A stretch of 64,000 nucleotides of DNA, taken from an uncultured virus (IMG/VR IMGVR_UViG_2860841867_000002) (taxonomy: Duplodnaviria; Heunggongvirae; Uroviricota; Caudoviricetes). The stretch spans positions 1 through 64,000 of IMG/VR virus record IMGVR_UViG_2860841867_000002; one strand, 5' to 3'. Within the stretch, counting starts at the first letter, position 1. Each line of letters opens with the position of its first letter. The position numbers were made by a program, and so were the translations under genes. The notes below the pieces were generated by a model. That model was not told where the DNA came from, searched no databases, and saw only the letters and a program-made list of their open reading frames with translations. Of this stretch, positions 36,629 to 46,933 are shown one piece after another.

Positions 36629-37117
36629 TTAGTGAATAATTTTTTCTCCTGTTGCGATATCGACCGTAAACTGTCCCGGGGATCTCCCCTTTACGAAATC
36701 GTTATAGCGGCTTCTTCGTTCTTTATTTCGCGCCCTGGCCGCCCTATCAACGAATTTTTCCTCGTATGAAGAGCGTTTTCTTCGCGTTGGAACTTTATAA
36801 TTTCGGCCATCTGCCCCGTACTCTTCGGCAAGTTTTTCGGAAGCTTCAGACTTAATACGCTCCTCTCGCTGTGTCTCGCTCATGATCGGGTACTCTTCGC
36901 GGGTCATTTTATCCGGATGGGGATTCGTTAGCTCTTCGTAGATAATAAGATTTGCCATATGTTCAAGTTCCGTGGAGTCCGGAGATTTACCGACTGAATC
37001 GTGGTATGCTTCCACAAGTGCGTTAATTTCCTTAATACGTTCAATACGATCCAATTCTCCAGCCTTCGTTCGCTTCTGTAATTCGGTAATCATTTCGTGT
37101 AGTAGCGCCTTATCCAT
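36629..37117 (-). CDS. Hypothetical phage protein
   Basis: ATG at 37117 with GGAGG RBS; EEYPIMSE motif. Confidence 0.75.
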   Translation of the reverse strand: MDKALLHEMITELQKRTKAGELDRIERIKEINALVEAYHDSVGKSPDSTELEHMANLIIYEELTNPHPDKMTREEYPIMSETQREERIKSEASEKLAEEYGADGRNYKVPTRRKRSSYEEKFVDRAARARNKERRSRYNDFVKGRSPGQFTVDIATGEKIIH

Positions 37118-37499
37118 TAATTCGTCCTCCCGTCGAGTATCCTTCGCCATGTCCCGCCCAATAGTAGTAAATATCCGCAATTGAATCGGCTGCACGATTT
37201 ATCAGATGATTAATCGAATCCTTGCCAACTCCCATCCGTTTTCCCGCCTCCACTTGCGTCAGATCTTCGAAATATACGAGCCGGATGGCTTCGCGCTGTC
37301 TGTCGGTCAGTTTCGCAAGCTCGATCGCGTTGTGCAGATCGAGCAGCACTTCGGCAGCTTCGTATTCTCCGAGCCGTTTGCGGCTGACGAACTTCGGATA
37401 ATCGGAGAGCAGCGTTTTGACGCCCTCCGCATTGTCTAGCGCATAAGCCGCCTCAAATTCGCGATCCTTTCGGTGTAGATCGATTTTGACTGTTCCGAT
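37110..37499 (-). CDS. Sigma-70 region 4-like regulator (candidate late activator)
   Basis: LTDRQREAIRLVYFEDLTQVEAGKRMGV; start uncertain. Confidence 0.85.
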   Translation of the reverse strand: MGTVKIDLHRKDREFEAAYALDNAEGVKTLLSDYPKFVSRKRLGEYEAAEVLLDLHNAIELAKLTDRQREAIRLVYFEDLTQVEAGKRMGVGKDSINHLINRAADSIADIYYYWAGHGEGYSTGGRING

Positions 37500-37613
37500 A
37501 ACAACCGCCTCCTCTTTCGTTAATAACTTCGTTAACAATTCGCACATCACAGTTGACTATCGGTAACTATTCCGTCTATACTGAACGTAAATACTTCCGT
37601 AAGGAGATTCGTT

Positions 37614-38000
37614 ATGGCACTTACGTGGATATCTAACGACTTCGAACGCAACACCAAAGCGTATATCACAATCGAAAAGCAACGACGTTTGTTTGTTTCG
37701 GCCGGTGCGCGGCGCGTCATCGGACTGCCTACGGACGGACCGTTTTATTTATCCGTCGCATATGACGCGGCTGAAAAGCGCATTGTTGTCGGCAAGCCCG
37801 AACTCGTTAAGCAGCCGGATGTCAAACCGTTCAAGTTCGATAAGCGCGGCAATGTTTCGGCATGGCCGTTCTTGCGTAAAATCGGCATTGATTTCGATAA
37901 GCTTCCGCAACGCTATTATTTGATCGGCGATGGCGAGGCGTCAAAACAACCGTACCTGGCCTATCCGAAAGGCACGTATGCGTTTCAGTTAGACGAGTAG
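37614..38000 (+). CDS. Hypothetical protein, opposite strand, with its own promoter
   Basis: AAGGAG RBS; upstream TTGACT-18-TATACT. Confidence 0.75.
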   Translation: MALTWISNDFERNTKAYITIEKQRRLFVSAGARRVIGLPTDGPFYLSVAYDAAEKRIVVGKPELVKQPDVKPFKFDKRGNVSAWPFLRKIGIDFDKLPQRYYLIGDGEASKQPYLAYPKGTYAFQLDE

Positions 38001-38549
38001 CTCCGCCATAATCGCGTCCAGCTTCTCGTATAACTCTTCCGGCTTGCCTGCGTTCTCAATTTCGTAATCAACTTCGAAATGATCAACGGCAAGCTCAGTC
38101 GGATGCTCCAAGTCGGCGAGGTCGAATTCATCGCCGGCTTTTTTTGCGCGTTCAATTCGGAGCTCTGCCGGTGCTGTTATGCGGATAAATACGAAACCTT
38201 CGTCCTTCAATCGCTTGTATTCGTTAGGCTGGCGGCAGTCATCGATGATCACGCGATTCTTTAGCGCCGTATTGCCGCAGTCGCAAGGATGGCGGTCGAG
38301 ATAGGCGGCTATTTTCGGCATGAGAGCGTCGATCCATACGTCCTCTCCGAAGGCTTCCCGCGCCCACTGTCCGAACTTCTGATAATGAGCGCGCGGCTTC
38401 GGATTTCTCGGAACGTGAGGGAATGCGCGGTGAAATGCGTCCTTCAGTTCGTCGCCAAATGCGAACGGCTGGAAATCGTAGTGAAGCGAGATGTACGATG
38501 CGGCCAGCGACTTGCCTGCGCGAAGTGGTGCGGTGAGGGCGATCTTCAT
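37989..38549 (-). CDS. Deoxynucleoside monophosphate kinase
   Basis: APLRAGKS P-loop, IDDCRQPNE, HPTE. Confidence 0.85.
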   Translation of the reverse strand: MKIALTAPLRAGKSLAASYISLHYDFQPFAFGDELKDAFHRAFPHVPRNPKPRAHYQKFGQWAREAFGEDVWIDALMPKIAAYLDRHPCDCGNTALKNRVIIDDCRQPNEYKRLKDEGFVFIRITAPAELRIERAKKAGDEFDLADLEHPTELAVDHFEVDYEIENAGKPEELYEKLDAIMAELLV

Positions 38550-39613
38550 TGGCGTTCCCTCATTGCGTTAAGAAGTGCGGCAACCTCTTCGGCTGTGAAC
38601 ACCTTTTCGTCCCTCTTACCGTTTGTAATGGCGTAAAGATTGTAGATCCGGTCATTTTCAGCGTCTTGAAAATCGTCAATACGATCTTTAATTTTCGCTA
38701 ATTCTTCGCCGTGTCTCCGGTTGTCTTTGTGCAGCGTGTCGATTTTGTCTTTCATACGATTCATTTCTTCGTATAGAAAATCGGCTGTATCCTCGTTTTC
38801 CGCGCGATCATGTTCGACTTTTTCTTCTAACGCAGCGATATCGTGGCGAATGTCCGAATCAGCATTCCGCAGCTCAGCGATTCTTCCCGGTCCCATTTCG
38901 TTCCGGCCTAGCTCTTCTTTGATCCGTTTATTCTCACGCTCTAATTCCGCAACACGCGTCGCTAGGTTAGCGATAACGTCGATCGGGTCGGAGGGCTGCG
39001 GTTCTTCTTCGGAGGATTCGGCCGGGACGAGGACGCGGTATTCTTCGTACTCTGCGTCTAAAAAATTCTCACCTAGAACGCCATTAACCAAAAAGAAGGA
39101 CCCGTTGTCATGAAAGTCGTCAACTTCTTTTACGGAGTCGACAAATCCTTTCGGAAAATCATCGCTCTCAGTTACGATAACCTTCTCGCCTATTTCCGGC
39201 TTACGATCGACCATTTCGTAGCGCTCCGGACCGTCAGGGCCGTCAATGTGGACGATGTTGGTCGGTTCGAGGACGTGGTATTCTCCGAGGTAGATAAGTC
39301 CGCCACAGTTCATACCGGATGTGGCTTCGCCGCATTCCACGAAACCCGATCCAGGAGGAGCTTCGCGGTCTACCGTAAAAATATCTCCGTTCTCGTAAAT
39401 ATCGCCCGGATACCTTTTGTCTACGATCACAATCTTATCGCCGACCTCCGCCTTCCTATCGACCTCTACATATTCCCGTTTGATTCCGCCAAGTGATTCG
39501 TCAGCCAATACGTGGATTTTTTCGTTAGTTTTCGTCATTTTATCGAGCTCCCTTCGTATTAATCGTTCAAATTCCGGCTTAACCCGATCCATCACGCTTT
39601 TAAGGAAGTCCAT
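38546..39613 (-). CDS. Modular hypothetical protein (two SH3/KOW-like repeats plus coiled coil)
   Basis: YVEVDRKAEVGDKIVI and YEMVDRKPEIGEKVIV repeats. Confidence 0.75.
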   Translation of the reverse strand: MDFLKSVMDRVKPEFERLIRRELDKMTKTNEKIHVLADESLGGIKREYVEVDRKAEVGDKIVIVDKRYPGDIYENGDIFTVDREAPPGSGFVECGEATSGMNCGGLIYLGEYHVLEPTNIVHIDGPDGPERYEMVDRKPEIGEKVIVTESDDFPKGFVDSVKEVDDFHDNGSFFLVNGVLGENFLDAEYEEYRVLVPAESSEEEPQPSDPIDVIANLATRVAELERENKRIKEELGRNEMGPGRIAELRNADSDIRHDIAALEEKVEHDRAENEDTADFLYEEMNRMKDKIDTLHKDNRRHGEELAKIKDRIDDFQDAENDRIYNLYAITNGKRDEKVFTAEEVAALLNAMRERQ

Positions 39614-39629
39614 ACGAACCGCCTCCTCG

Positions 39630-40187
39630 TTATTTAATAACCCGCAATTCTACCGACTGCCGGCCGAACTGTACCGCGTCGGCTTCACTCGCGACCAATA
39701 GATCGAGCCGTGCGCCTTTAATCGCTCCTCCAACGTCAATCGCCTTCGCCTGGAAGCTCGAACCGTCAGCGAGCCGGACTTCAACCGTAGAGCCTAGCGC
39801 AATCACAGACGGATCGACCGCTATGACGCGTGCTCCTTCGTAATAGATCGAATGGCTGACGTCGACTCCCGTTTTGGTGATTCCGGTGCAGCCTTCCGCA
39901 CAAAAGGCGGTATAAGCCGTCATGGTAAAAGTCCGCCATGCTGACGTTTTAGTTGCGGTCGGAGCAGGTTTCTTTTTCGTCTTCTTCAGCGCCATGATTT
40001 CGTCCTCAAGCGCCTGTATCTTCGATTCCTTTTTCGTTATCTCTTTCGTTAATTCTCTGTTGCGCAATTCAGCCGATTGGATGGCGGCCTTCTCTGGCGT
40101 TATCCTTGGCGGTTCTGGCGGCTGATCTGCCGGACAGTGGCCGGAGAATAGCTGCGCTGTTATCGTGAAATTCGTTAGGATTCCGAT
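39630..40187 (-). CDS. 3D-domain cell-wall-binding / lytic transglycosylase-like protein
   Basis: TAY...GITKTG...IAVDPSVIALGS...DVGGAIKGARLDL; start uncertain. Confidence 0.88.
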   Translation of the reverse strand: MGILTNFTITAQLFSGHCPADQPPEPPRITPEKAAIQSAELRNRELTKEITKKESKIQALEDEIMALKKTKKKPAPTATKTSAWRTFTMTAYTAFCAEGCTGITKTGVDVSHSIYYEGARVIAVDPSVIALGSTVEVRLADGSSFQAKAIDVGGAIKGARLDLLVASEADAVQFGRQSVELRVIK

Positions 40188-40189
40188 GC

Positions 40190-40885
40190 TTACACCTCCG
40201 TTTTGACCAATTCGCAAATGCTGACGGGAAATTTCGGTTTGACTAACTCGTAGACAGCTTTCGCGTACTCTTGAATTTCGACTTGACTATCGTGTGCCAG
40301 GCGTTGGTTTAGGAAATGCGCGACCGATTGAAGCGATGCCGTCCAGTAGTAGCGTACGTACATTCCGTAAGCCGGGAGGAATAGACGCGCTTGTTCTGCG
40401 CAAACACCCGATTTCATTGCGCGTTCATATAAACGCTCACCAAACGCAACGTAATCGAGTAGATCTTGCGTGGCTATTTTACCTTGACCTTCCGGCAGTG
40501 TTTCGCTGCTTCCCTGCTTCGCATTCTCCGGGGTTGACCGCCATTCATCCGCTTGCGGAATATAAAACGCAGGCTCTTCGGTAACATAGCGCCGACTCGA
40601 TTCGTTCCAAGCGTCCATTGTGTGATCTGACCCGACGATATATTTCCAGTGCTGGCGCGCAACCATCAGTGGAGCATAGATTTCGAATTGAACCGTCGCA
40701 TGTCGGAATGGCGACGTATGGCCTTCCCGCGCAAGGAATTTAATGAGCCGGATGTCCTTTTCGGATAGATTAGTAGATTCCTTGTCGTAGGAAACGCGGG
40801 CTGAGTTCACGACGGAAAGGTCGGAACCCATTACGTTTGTTAGGCGGACATAGCCGCGGTCAAGTACGTCGATCATTTCGTTCAT
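40190..40885 (-). CDS. thyX: Flavin-dependent thymidylate synthase
   Basis: SARVSY, HTSPF, NESSRRY, EQARLFLP, QVEIQEYA. Confidence 0.92.
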   Translation of the reverse strand: MNEMIDVLDRGYVRLTNVMGSDLSVVNSARVSYDKESTNLSEKDIRLIKFLAREGHTSPFRHATVQFEIYAPLMVARQHWKYIVGSDHTMDAWNESSRRYVTEEPAFYIPQADEWRSTPENAKQGSSETLPEGQGKIATQDLLDYVAFGERLYERAMKSGVCAEQARLFLPAYGMYVRYYWTASLQSVAHFLNQRLAHDSQVEIQEYAKAVYELVKPKFPVSICELVKTEV

Positions 40886-40982
40886 AATACGCCTCCTCGT
40901 CTTGAAAAAAGGATAGAGTGCTTCTTTTATTTTCTATTTCATGAGATAATTACTATAAATCAATTAAAGAAAGGAAGATCTT

Positions 40983-41360
40983 ATGAAGCTGAACCATGAA
41001 GTGGTTAGAAATATTTTATTGACTGTAGAGGAATCTTTAAGTTATAACCAAAAAGTTGATGTACAGGATCTCGCGAAGTTTCCTCTACTAGAGAATTACG
41101 ATATTAATGATGTCAAATACACCGTCCGAAAGTTACACGAAGCTGGATTTCTTAATATAAGCGTTTCCGGAACAAAGCTTATGGAATGGGTCGAAGTTGA
41201 AAGCCTTACCTATCATGGACACGAATTTCTAGATAATATTCGGGAATCTGGTATATGGGCTGAAACTAAGAAATTGGCATCTAAGATCGGCGGTGGATCT
41301 GTATCCATCCTTGCGGAAATAGCTTCTAGTGTAATCAAATCGAAGTTAGGGCTTAGTTAA
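40983..41360 (+). CDS. DUF2513-like winged-helix protein (moron)
   Basis: MKLNHEVVRNILL...LTYHGHEFLDNIR...W; AT-rich, opposite strand. Confidence 0.8.
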   Translation: MKLNHEVVRNILLTVEESLSYNQKVDVQDLAKFPLLENYDINDVKYTVRKLHEAGFLNISVSGTKLMEWVEVESLTYHGHEFLDNIRESGIWAETKKLASKIGGGSVSILAEIASSVIKSKLGLS

Positions 41361-41859
41361 CCCCGCTACTCCCGAATCCACCCGCACCCCGATCGCTATC
41401 GCCCAACTCGGCCACTCCCGTAAAAACCGCCTGCTCGATCGGCTTGATTACGGCTTGGGCGATACGATCGCCTTTGCGGATGATGTACGAAAACTGCGGC
41501 AAGTCTCCGTTCATTCTATAAATCTCTCCGGTAACCATTAACGGTCCGTAGTCGAAAGGAACTTCCATATTTAATGGCGCAATATTATCGACAACCACTC
41601 CGACCTCGCCCCGATATCCCGCGTCAACTGTACCGAGCTGAACGCGAAGCTTCGTCTTCAGCGTAATGCCGGAGCGTGGCCGAATCTGCATTTCGTAGCC
41701 TTCCGGAACCTCGAACGCTAGCCCCGTTTTGACTAGCGCGGTTTCTCCCGGCTCGATAACGACGTCTTCTGCCGCAACCAGGTCGAAGCAGGCGTCTGAA
41801 GCGTGAGCATATTGCGGGATTTTTGCATCGGGTGATAGGCGTTTAATGTTTACGTTCAT
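41353..41859 (-). CDS. dut: dUTPase
   Basis: CFDL, RPRSG, GTVDAGYRGE, RIAQ, RGAGGFGSSG. Confidence 0.95.
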   Translation of the reverse strand: MNVNIKRLSPDAKIPQYAHASDACFDLVAAEDVVIEPGETALVKTGLAFEVPEGYEMQIRPRSGITLKTKLRVQLGTVDAGYRGEVGVVVDNIAPLNMEVPFDYGPLMVTGEIYRMNGDLPQFSYIIRKGDRIAQAVIKPIEQAVFTGVAELGDSDRGAGGFGSSGVN

Positions 41860-41909
41860 ACGAAACCCTCCTCGTTAATAACTGCGAATATACTTTCGTT
41901 AATGGACGC

Positions 41910-42878
41910 TTACTCGAAATAGAAATCGCTGTCCTGCAACGGCTCGACCGTCGCTTTTTTGTATCCGTTACCTTTCATCGAAAAGAAGTCATGCGATTTC
42001 GTCTTCGTATCCAACCCGTTCAGCACGATCGGATTTACCGTTTCATCTTCGAAATACGGATCGAATCCGAGGTTAGCCAGCGCCTTGTTTCCGTTGTATC
42101 GCACGAACTTCTTAACGTCGTGAGTCAGTCCGACTTGGTCGTACAGGTCTTCGGTGTAGGCGGCCTCATTCTCGTAGAGTTCCGCAAGCAATTCGACGGC
42201 AAAGTCGCGCAATTCGATCTGTACGCCCGGTGACTGGCGATTGTAAATTTCCTGCGCAAGCAAACCGACATAAACACCATGAATCGCTTCATCGCGGATT
42301 ATCAAATTAATGATCTCGCCGCTGTTCATCAGCTTTCCTTGACCGTAGAAATATAACGGATAGTAAAAGCCGCTGTAGAAAAGGAAGCTTTCGAGGTAGA
42401 CTGACGCAACCATCGCTTTGTATAACGAAATGTCATCGCCTGCCTCAATCGCGTTATACAATCCGCCAATGATTGCGGCTTTCCGCTGCAGGTATCGATT
42501 CGTCTTCACCCATTCGAAAAGTTCCGTTATCTTCTCCGTTGGCGCTAGCGTCATGAAGATGTTCGAATACGACTTCGCATGGACTGCGTTTTCCATCATC
42601 GCCATAAAGTTCAGGACGGCTTTGCGCTGATGACCGGATACCTGAGCGGCAATTAACGGCATACCTTCGTTCCCTTGCTCCGTGTCGAGTAGCGTCAGCC
42701 CCGCGAGCACCTTCATGTATGTGTCCTGTTCGTTGGTACCGAGATACTTCCACGTTAGGAGGTCGCCGTTTAGAGCGATTTCCTCCGGAAGCCAAAACTG
42801 CTTAACGTTCTGTTCGTAAAACATCTGCGTGAATCCGTCTTCGTGTTGCGACCAGTTTGCTGCTGTATATTCCGTCAA
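41910..42878 (-). CDS. nrdF: Class Ib ribonucleotide reductase beta subunit
   Basis: [34 protein letters not shown]. Confidence 0.97.
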   Translation of the reverse strand: MTEYTAANWSQHEDGFTQMFYEQNVKQFWLPEEIALNGDLLTWKYLGTNEQDTYMKVLAGLTLLDTEQGNEGMPLIAAQVSGHQRKAVLNFMAMMENAVHAKSYSNIFMTLAPTEKITELFEWVKTNRYLQRKAAIIGGLYNAIEAGDDISLYKAMVASVYLESFLFYSGFYYPLYFYGQGKLMNSGEIINLIIRDEAIHGVYVGLLAQEIYNRQSPGVQIELRDFAVELLAELYENEAAYTEDLYDQVGLTHDVKKFVRYNGNKALANLGFDPYFEDETVNPIVLNGLDTKTKSHDFFSMKGNGYKKATVEPLQDSDFYFE

Positions 42879-42916
42879 TTATTCGTCCTCCTTCTTTTTG
42901 TTATTTTTCGGATTTA

Positions 42917-43261
42917 CTAGCTGCGTCTGCTTAAATATTCGTTCAATATGTCTTCATATTTATCTCGCATGAACTTAAACCTGTCTTGATGCAAGTTCTC
43001 GCTCCACCCGGTTAATTCATCAAGCTCCTTCATTTGCTGAAATCCTTTTTGGATTTCCTCGTAGTAAAATTCAATGTCTCCCACCGCTCGCCAATGCCTC
43101 GCTGTTCTGACTTGTTGCCCTGTTTCGGCTGTTTTCATAGCTATATTTAAGGCTTTTGTTTTCTTGTTTTGATTAGAGAGTATGTTCGATGCGATTTTCT
43201 TCAAAATGAGATCGCAGTAAACCTTAACGAAATTAGTTGGTTCGCTCACTATCAATACCAC
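42917..43261 (-). CDS. Hypothetical protein inserted between nrdE and nrdF
   Basis: AGGAGG RBS; AT-richer than flanks. Confidence 0.7.
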   Translation of the reverse strand: MVLIVSEPTNFVKVYCDLILKKIASNILSNQNKKTKALNIAMKTAETGQQVRTARHWRAVGDIEFYYEEIQKGFQQMKELDELTGWSENLHQDRFKFMRDKYEDILNEYLSRRS

Positions 43262-43280
43262 CTCCTATCAATCTGATAAT

Positions 43281-45380
43281 TTAAACCACGCATGACAGGC
43301 AACCTTCCTGCCCCGTATCTTTAGTCCGCGCATAATACAGCGTCTTGATCCCTTTGTGATGTGCGTATAGGTCAATTCGGTTCAGATCGCGTGTCGTCAT
43401 CGTATCCTTCAGGAACAGCGTAAATGAGATGCCTTGATCGACGTGCTGCTGAATTGTCGCAATCATATCGACGACTTTAAACATATCCATGTCGTACGCT
43501 TCCTTATAGAAGAACCAATTCTGCGGCGATAGTCCCGGCATCGGATAATACGTCTTCGAATTGCCGTACGTACGCTCTTCGATTCGCTCCATAATCGGCA
43601 TGACCGACGCTGTAGCCGACTGCACATACGAAATAGATCCCGTCGGTGCGATCGCTAGTCTATACGAATGATAGAGTCCGTGTTTCCGTACGTTATCCTC
43701 CAGCCGAACCCAATCGATGCGTTCCGGAATTTCAACGCCTTCAAACAGCTTCGCGACCTTCTCCGTTTTAGGACGAAAATCTCCCGCGACGTACTTATCG
43801 AAGTAGCTGCCGTCCGCATACGTTGATCCTTCGAATCCCTCGAACGTGCTGCCGGTTTCCTTCGCAAGCTCCATCGACCGCACCAGCGACCAATAATTAA
43901 CGAGCGCAAAGAATACGTTAGCGAAGTCGCGAGCCTCTTCCGATTCATAAGCGATCCTATTCTGCGCAAGATATCCGTGTAGATTCATCGCGCCAAGTCC
44001 GATCGAACGCATCTGACGGTTGGCCTTAGCGACTGCCGGCGCGTTCTTGATATTCGTTGATTCCGATACGACCGTCAGCGAATCGACTGCGAGCTTAACC
44101 GTTTGCTCGATCGACTTATTCGCCATGACGTTCGCGATGTTGAGCGATCCGAGGTTGCACGAAATGTCTAGTCCAATTACGTCCTCTTCGCCGTAGTCGG
44201 TGTACTCCGAAACTTTGGACGCCTGAAGTACTTCGCTACAGAGATTCGAAAATTTCACCTTCGAAATGTGATTCAGCGCATGAGCCGCGTTGACGTTATC
44301 TTCGAACATAATGTACGGGTAGCCCGACTCAGACCGTAGAATCGCGAGCTTTTCGAGTAGCTGCCGCGGATTAATCTTTTCCTTACGCACCGCCGGATTC
44401 TCGACGAGCTTGTCGTACATTTCTCCGATATCCATTTCATCAAGGTGCTCGCCGTATTCCTTATAGACCGTATGCGGATAGAAAACGTATGCGTCACGGT
44501 CTTCGCGAGCCAATTCGATAAACTTATCCGGAATGACGACGCCGATCGATAGCGTCTTGACCCTTACGTCTTCATCTGCGTTAATCTTTTTGGTATCGAG
44601 GAAATCGTTGATATCGCGATGGAACACGTTCAAATATGCTGCTCCTGCCCCCGCTCTTGCGCCTTGCTGATCTGCATAGCGGAAGGCATTATCGAGGAGT
44701 TTCATAACTCCAACGACGCCCTTCGTTACGTTCTCGATTCCTTTGATCGATTCACCTTTCGCTCGCAACTTCGATAAATTCAAACTTACGCCTCCGCCCA
44801 TTTTCGAAAGTTGCATCGCTGTTCCGATCGCCATTTGAATATCGTTTAAGGAATCGTTCACTTCGAGAAGGAAACACGATACGAGTTCGCCGCGTCGCTT
44901 CCGCCCGGCATTCAAAAACGTTGGTGTAGCCGGCTGGTATTCCTGACGGATCATCATTTCCGCAAACTCGATCGCCTTGGCCGCGTCCCCTTTTGCGAAG
45001 AATAGCGCACAGATGGCGATTCGATCTTCGTAGCGTTCGAGGATCTTCTTCTTATCGTTCGTCTTGAGCGCGTAATCGTTGTAAAACTTGAACGCACTCA
45101 TAAACGAAGGGAAACGGAACTTTTTCGCGTAGGCTGCCTTGTAGACCGCTTTTATTTCATCGAATGTATACGGCTCGAAGACTTCGCGTTCGTAATAGTC
45201 GTTCTCGATCAGATAATCGAGCTTTTCGCGCAGATCGTGGAAAAATACCGTATTCTGATTCACGTAATCTATGAAATAACTGCGGACGGCTTCGGCATCC
45301 TTTTCGAATTGAAAGCCGCCGTTCTTCCGTATCATAATTTCGTTGTTAAGTTCGATATACTTCGCATGCTTATTCGTCAA
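43281..45380 (-). CDS. nrdE: Class Ib ribonucleotide reductase alpha subunit
   Basis: PATPTFLN, SCF, SNLCSE, APTGS, TLYY, C-terminal CLSC; uninterrupted. Confidence 0.97.
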   Translation of the reverse strand: MTNKHAKYIELNNEIMIRKNGGFQFEKDAEAVRSYFIDYVNQNTVFFHDLREKLDYLIENDYYEREVFEPYTFDEIKAVYKAAYAKKFRFPSFMSAFKFYNDYALKTNDKKKILERYEDRIAICALFFAKGDAAKAIEFAEMMIRQEYQPATPTFLNAGRKRRGELVSCFLLEVNDSLNDIQMAIGTAMQLSKMGGGVSLNLSKLRAKGESIKGIENVTKGVVGVMKLLDNAFRYADQQGARAGAGAAYLNVFHRDINDFLDTKKINADEDVRVKTLSIGVVIPDKFIELAREDRDAYVFYPHTVYKEYGEHLDEMDIGEMYDKLVENPAVRKEKINPRQLLEKLAILRSESGYPYIMFEDNVNAAHALNHISKVKFSNLCSEVLQASKVSEYTDYGEEDVIGLDISCNLGSLNIANVMANKSIEQTVKLAVDSLTVVSESTNIKNAPAVAKANRQMRSIGLGAMNLHGYLAQNRIAYESEEARDFANVFFALVNYWSLVRSMELAKETGSTFEGFEGSTYADGSYFDKYVAGDFRPKTEKVAKLFEGVEIPERIDWVRLEDNVRKHGLYHSYRLAIAPTGSISYVQSATASVMPIMERIEERTYGNSKTYYPMPGLSPQNWFFYKEAYDMDMFKVVDMIATIQQHVDQGISFTLFLKDTMTTRDLNRIDLYAHHKGIKTLYYARTKDTGQEGCLSCVV

Positions 45381-45726
45381 TAGCTCTCACCCTTTCCGTA
45401 AATATCCGTACATCCTCCGTCGTCCCCGCCAGCTCGAACTTGTGGACGATCGGCACTCCGTACTCTTCCGCAATCAAGTCCGCCGCCTTTGCGAAATTCC
45501 CGCCCCAGTTGCGATTGCCTGACGCAGCCACGCCCGCCATTAAATCGCCATTATCCGCGAGGAAGTCCCAAACGGTGCCAGCGACCTGACCGAAGCCGTA
45601 AGTTCCCGTTACCAAGACGAACGGTTCCGTTAAAAGCATATCCGACTTGATTTCGACCGCTGGCAGGCCGGTCTTGGCTACGAATCGGCGGACGTTACCG
45701 GCCAGCGAGTAATAGGCGATTAACAT
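45370..45726 (-). CDS. nrdI: NrdI flavodoxin
   Basis: SLAGNVRRFV, SGNRNWG, FELAGT. Confidence 0.95.
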   Translation of the reverse strand: MLIAYYSLAGNVRRFVAKTGLPAVEIKSDMLLTEPFVLVTGTYGFGQVAGTVWDFLADNGDLMAGVAASGNRNWGGNFAKAADLIAEEYGVPIVHKFELAGTTEDVRIFTERVRAIDE

Positions 45727-45869
45727 AAAGACGCCACCAATACTCCGATAGGAATTGCGTACATAGAGAGAACGATTAGCTTTACGATCTTATCCGTCAT
45801 AGTTTTTGCTTCCGTAAAAACCGTTAATAGCGCAAAAAGTAGCAAGCACACTATCGCAACGTATGTCAT
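45720..45869 (-). CDS. Small membrane protein (49 aa)
   Basis: MTYVAIVCLLLFALL...; fills the gap with overlaps on both sides. Confidence 0.6.
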   Translation of the reverse strand: MTYVAIVCLLLFALLTVFTEAKTMTDKIVKLIVLSMYAIPIGVLVASLC

Positions 45870-46066
45870 TCGATCGACTCCCTCCGTTTTAATTCCGCCT
45901 CTATTTCGTCTTTTCGCGCCAGAATCCGGTCACGCTCGATTCTTAATTCGATCAACTTCGTATCGTGCCGGCTGATTGCGTAATCAACATCGATAAGTTG
46001 TTCGTCAAGCCATCGTAAGGACTGTCGCAATTGTGCGGCCGGGACGCCGTAGCATTCGTAGGTCAT
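45866..46066 (-). CDS. Small coiled-coil hypothetical protein
   Basis: RBS and operon coupling. Confidence 0.65.
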   Translation of the reverse strand: MTYECYGVPAAQLRQSLRWLDEQLIDVDYAISRHDTKLIELRIERDRILARKDEIEAELKRRESIE

Positions 46067-46332
46067 TGCGTTTCCTCCTCTACGTCCTTTTGAACGCGTT
46101 TATGTTCGCGGTATGCGGTGTACAGTCGATCAGCTAATCCGACGAGTAACGCGGTTACCGTGAAAACCACTGCGATTGTGATTCCGACTTTAACGACTGT
46201 TCCGACCGCTGGGACCGAAAGCAACGCCGTCACGATGACAAATCCGGTCAGACATCCCGCAGAAAACAATCCGAGTAATAAGGTGAGCGCAGCCAAGTAC
46301 GCTAATGCTCCGATAAGTCGCTGCTTAAACAT
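46063..46332 (-). CDS. Membrane hypothetical protein
   Basis: Two long hydrophobic segments. Confidence 0.65.
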   Translation of the reverse strand: MFKQRLIGALAYLAALTLLLGLFSAGCLTGFVIVTALLSVPAVGTVVKVGITIAVVFTVTALLVGLADRLYTAYREHKRVQKDVEEETQ

Positions 46333-46555
46333 TCGAGCCGCCTCCTAATTCATCCTTATATCGTTCATGCAATGTGTCTGCGAGTTCCTTAGCGTACACA
46401 AGAAACGCATTGACAAAATCAGCCTCTTCCTGCGTTATTATTTCATTTTCTTTACCTTGCTTAGCTTGAATTTGGCGAGTTAAAGCAACCGCCGAATAAA
46501 TAAAGCCATCAAATATCTCCTGTTTAAGAATCATCATATTTCTATGCTCTTCCAC
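46325..46555 (-). CDS. Hypothetical protein
   Basis: Operon context. Confidence 0.6.
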   Translation of the reverse strand: MEEHRNMMILKQEIFDGFIYSAVALTRQIQAKQGKENEIITQEEADFVNAFLVYAKELADTLHERYKDELGGGSNV

Positions 46556-46558
46556 CGA

Positions 46559-46933
46559 TCACTTCCCTCCGATCGTGTCGAGGATTTCTTTGATCGCGTA
46601 GTATTCCGGGTTGATTAGCGCTTTGATTCCTTCGGTGATCGCATAAATACCGAATCCTCCCGGAGTAACCACTAAAAAACAAACAGCAAGCACCACGGGA
46701 AACCATTCGAAATCCCAACTACAATGGCTCTTCTCATACGATTTTACAGTCACCTTCGTAATTATGACTCCCGCAATAACTGCGATCATTAGAAAAACGA
46801 ACCCGATAATCGAATCAGTCACACCGTTAGCAAACGCCTGCTTTACGAGAACTCCGTATACATGCTCGGCCGCGACTCCGAGCTTTGCTGCCAGCTTGTC
46901 GATATACTCCATCGCTTTATCCATTCGAATCAC
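46559..46933 (-). CDS. Conserved phage membrane protein
   Basis: DKLAAKLGVAAEHVYGVLVKQ...NPEYYAIKEIL. Confidence 0.75.
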   Translation of the reverse strand: MIRMDKAMEYIDKLAAKLGVAAEHVYGVLVKQAFANGVTDSIIGFVFLMIAVIAGVIITKVTVKSYEKSHCSWDFEWFPVVLAVCFLVVTPGGFGIYAITEGIKALINPEYYAIKEILDTIGGK

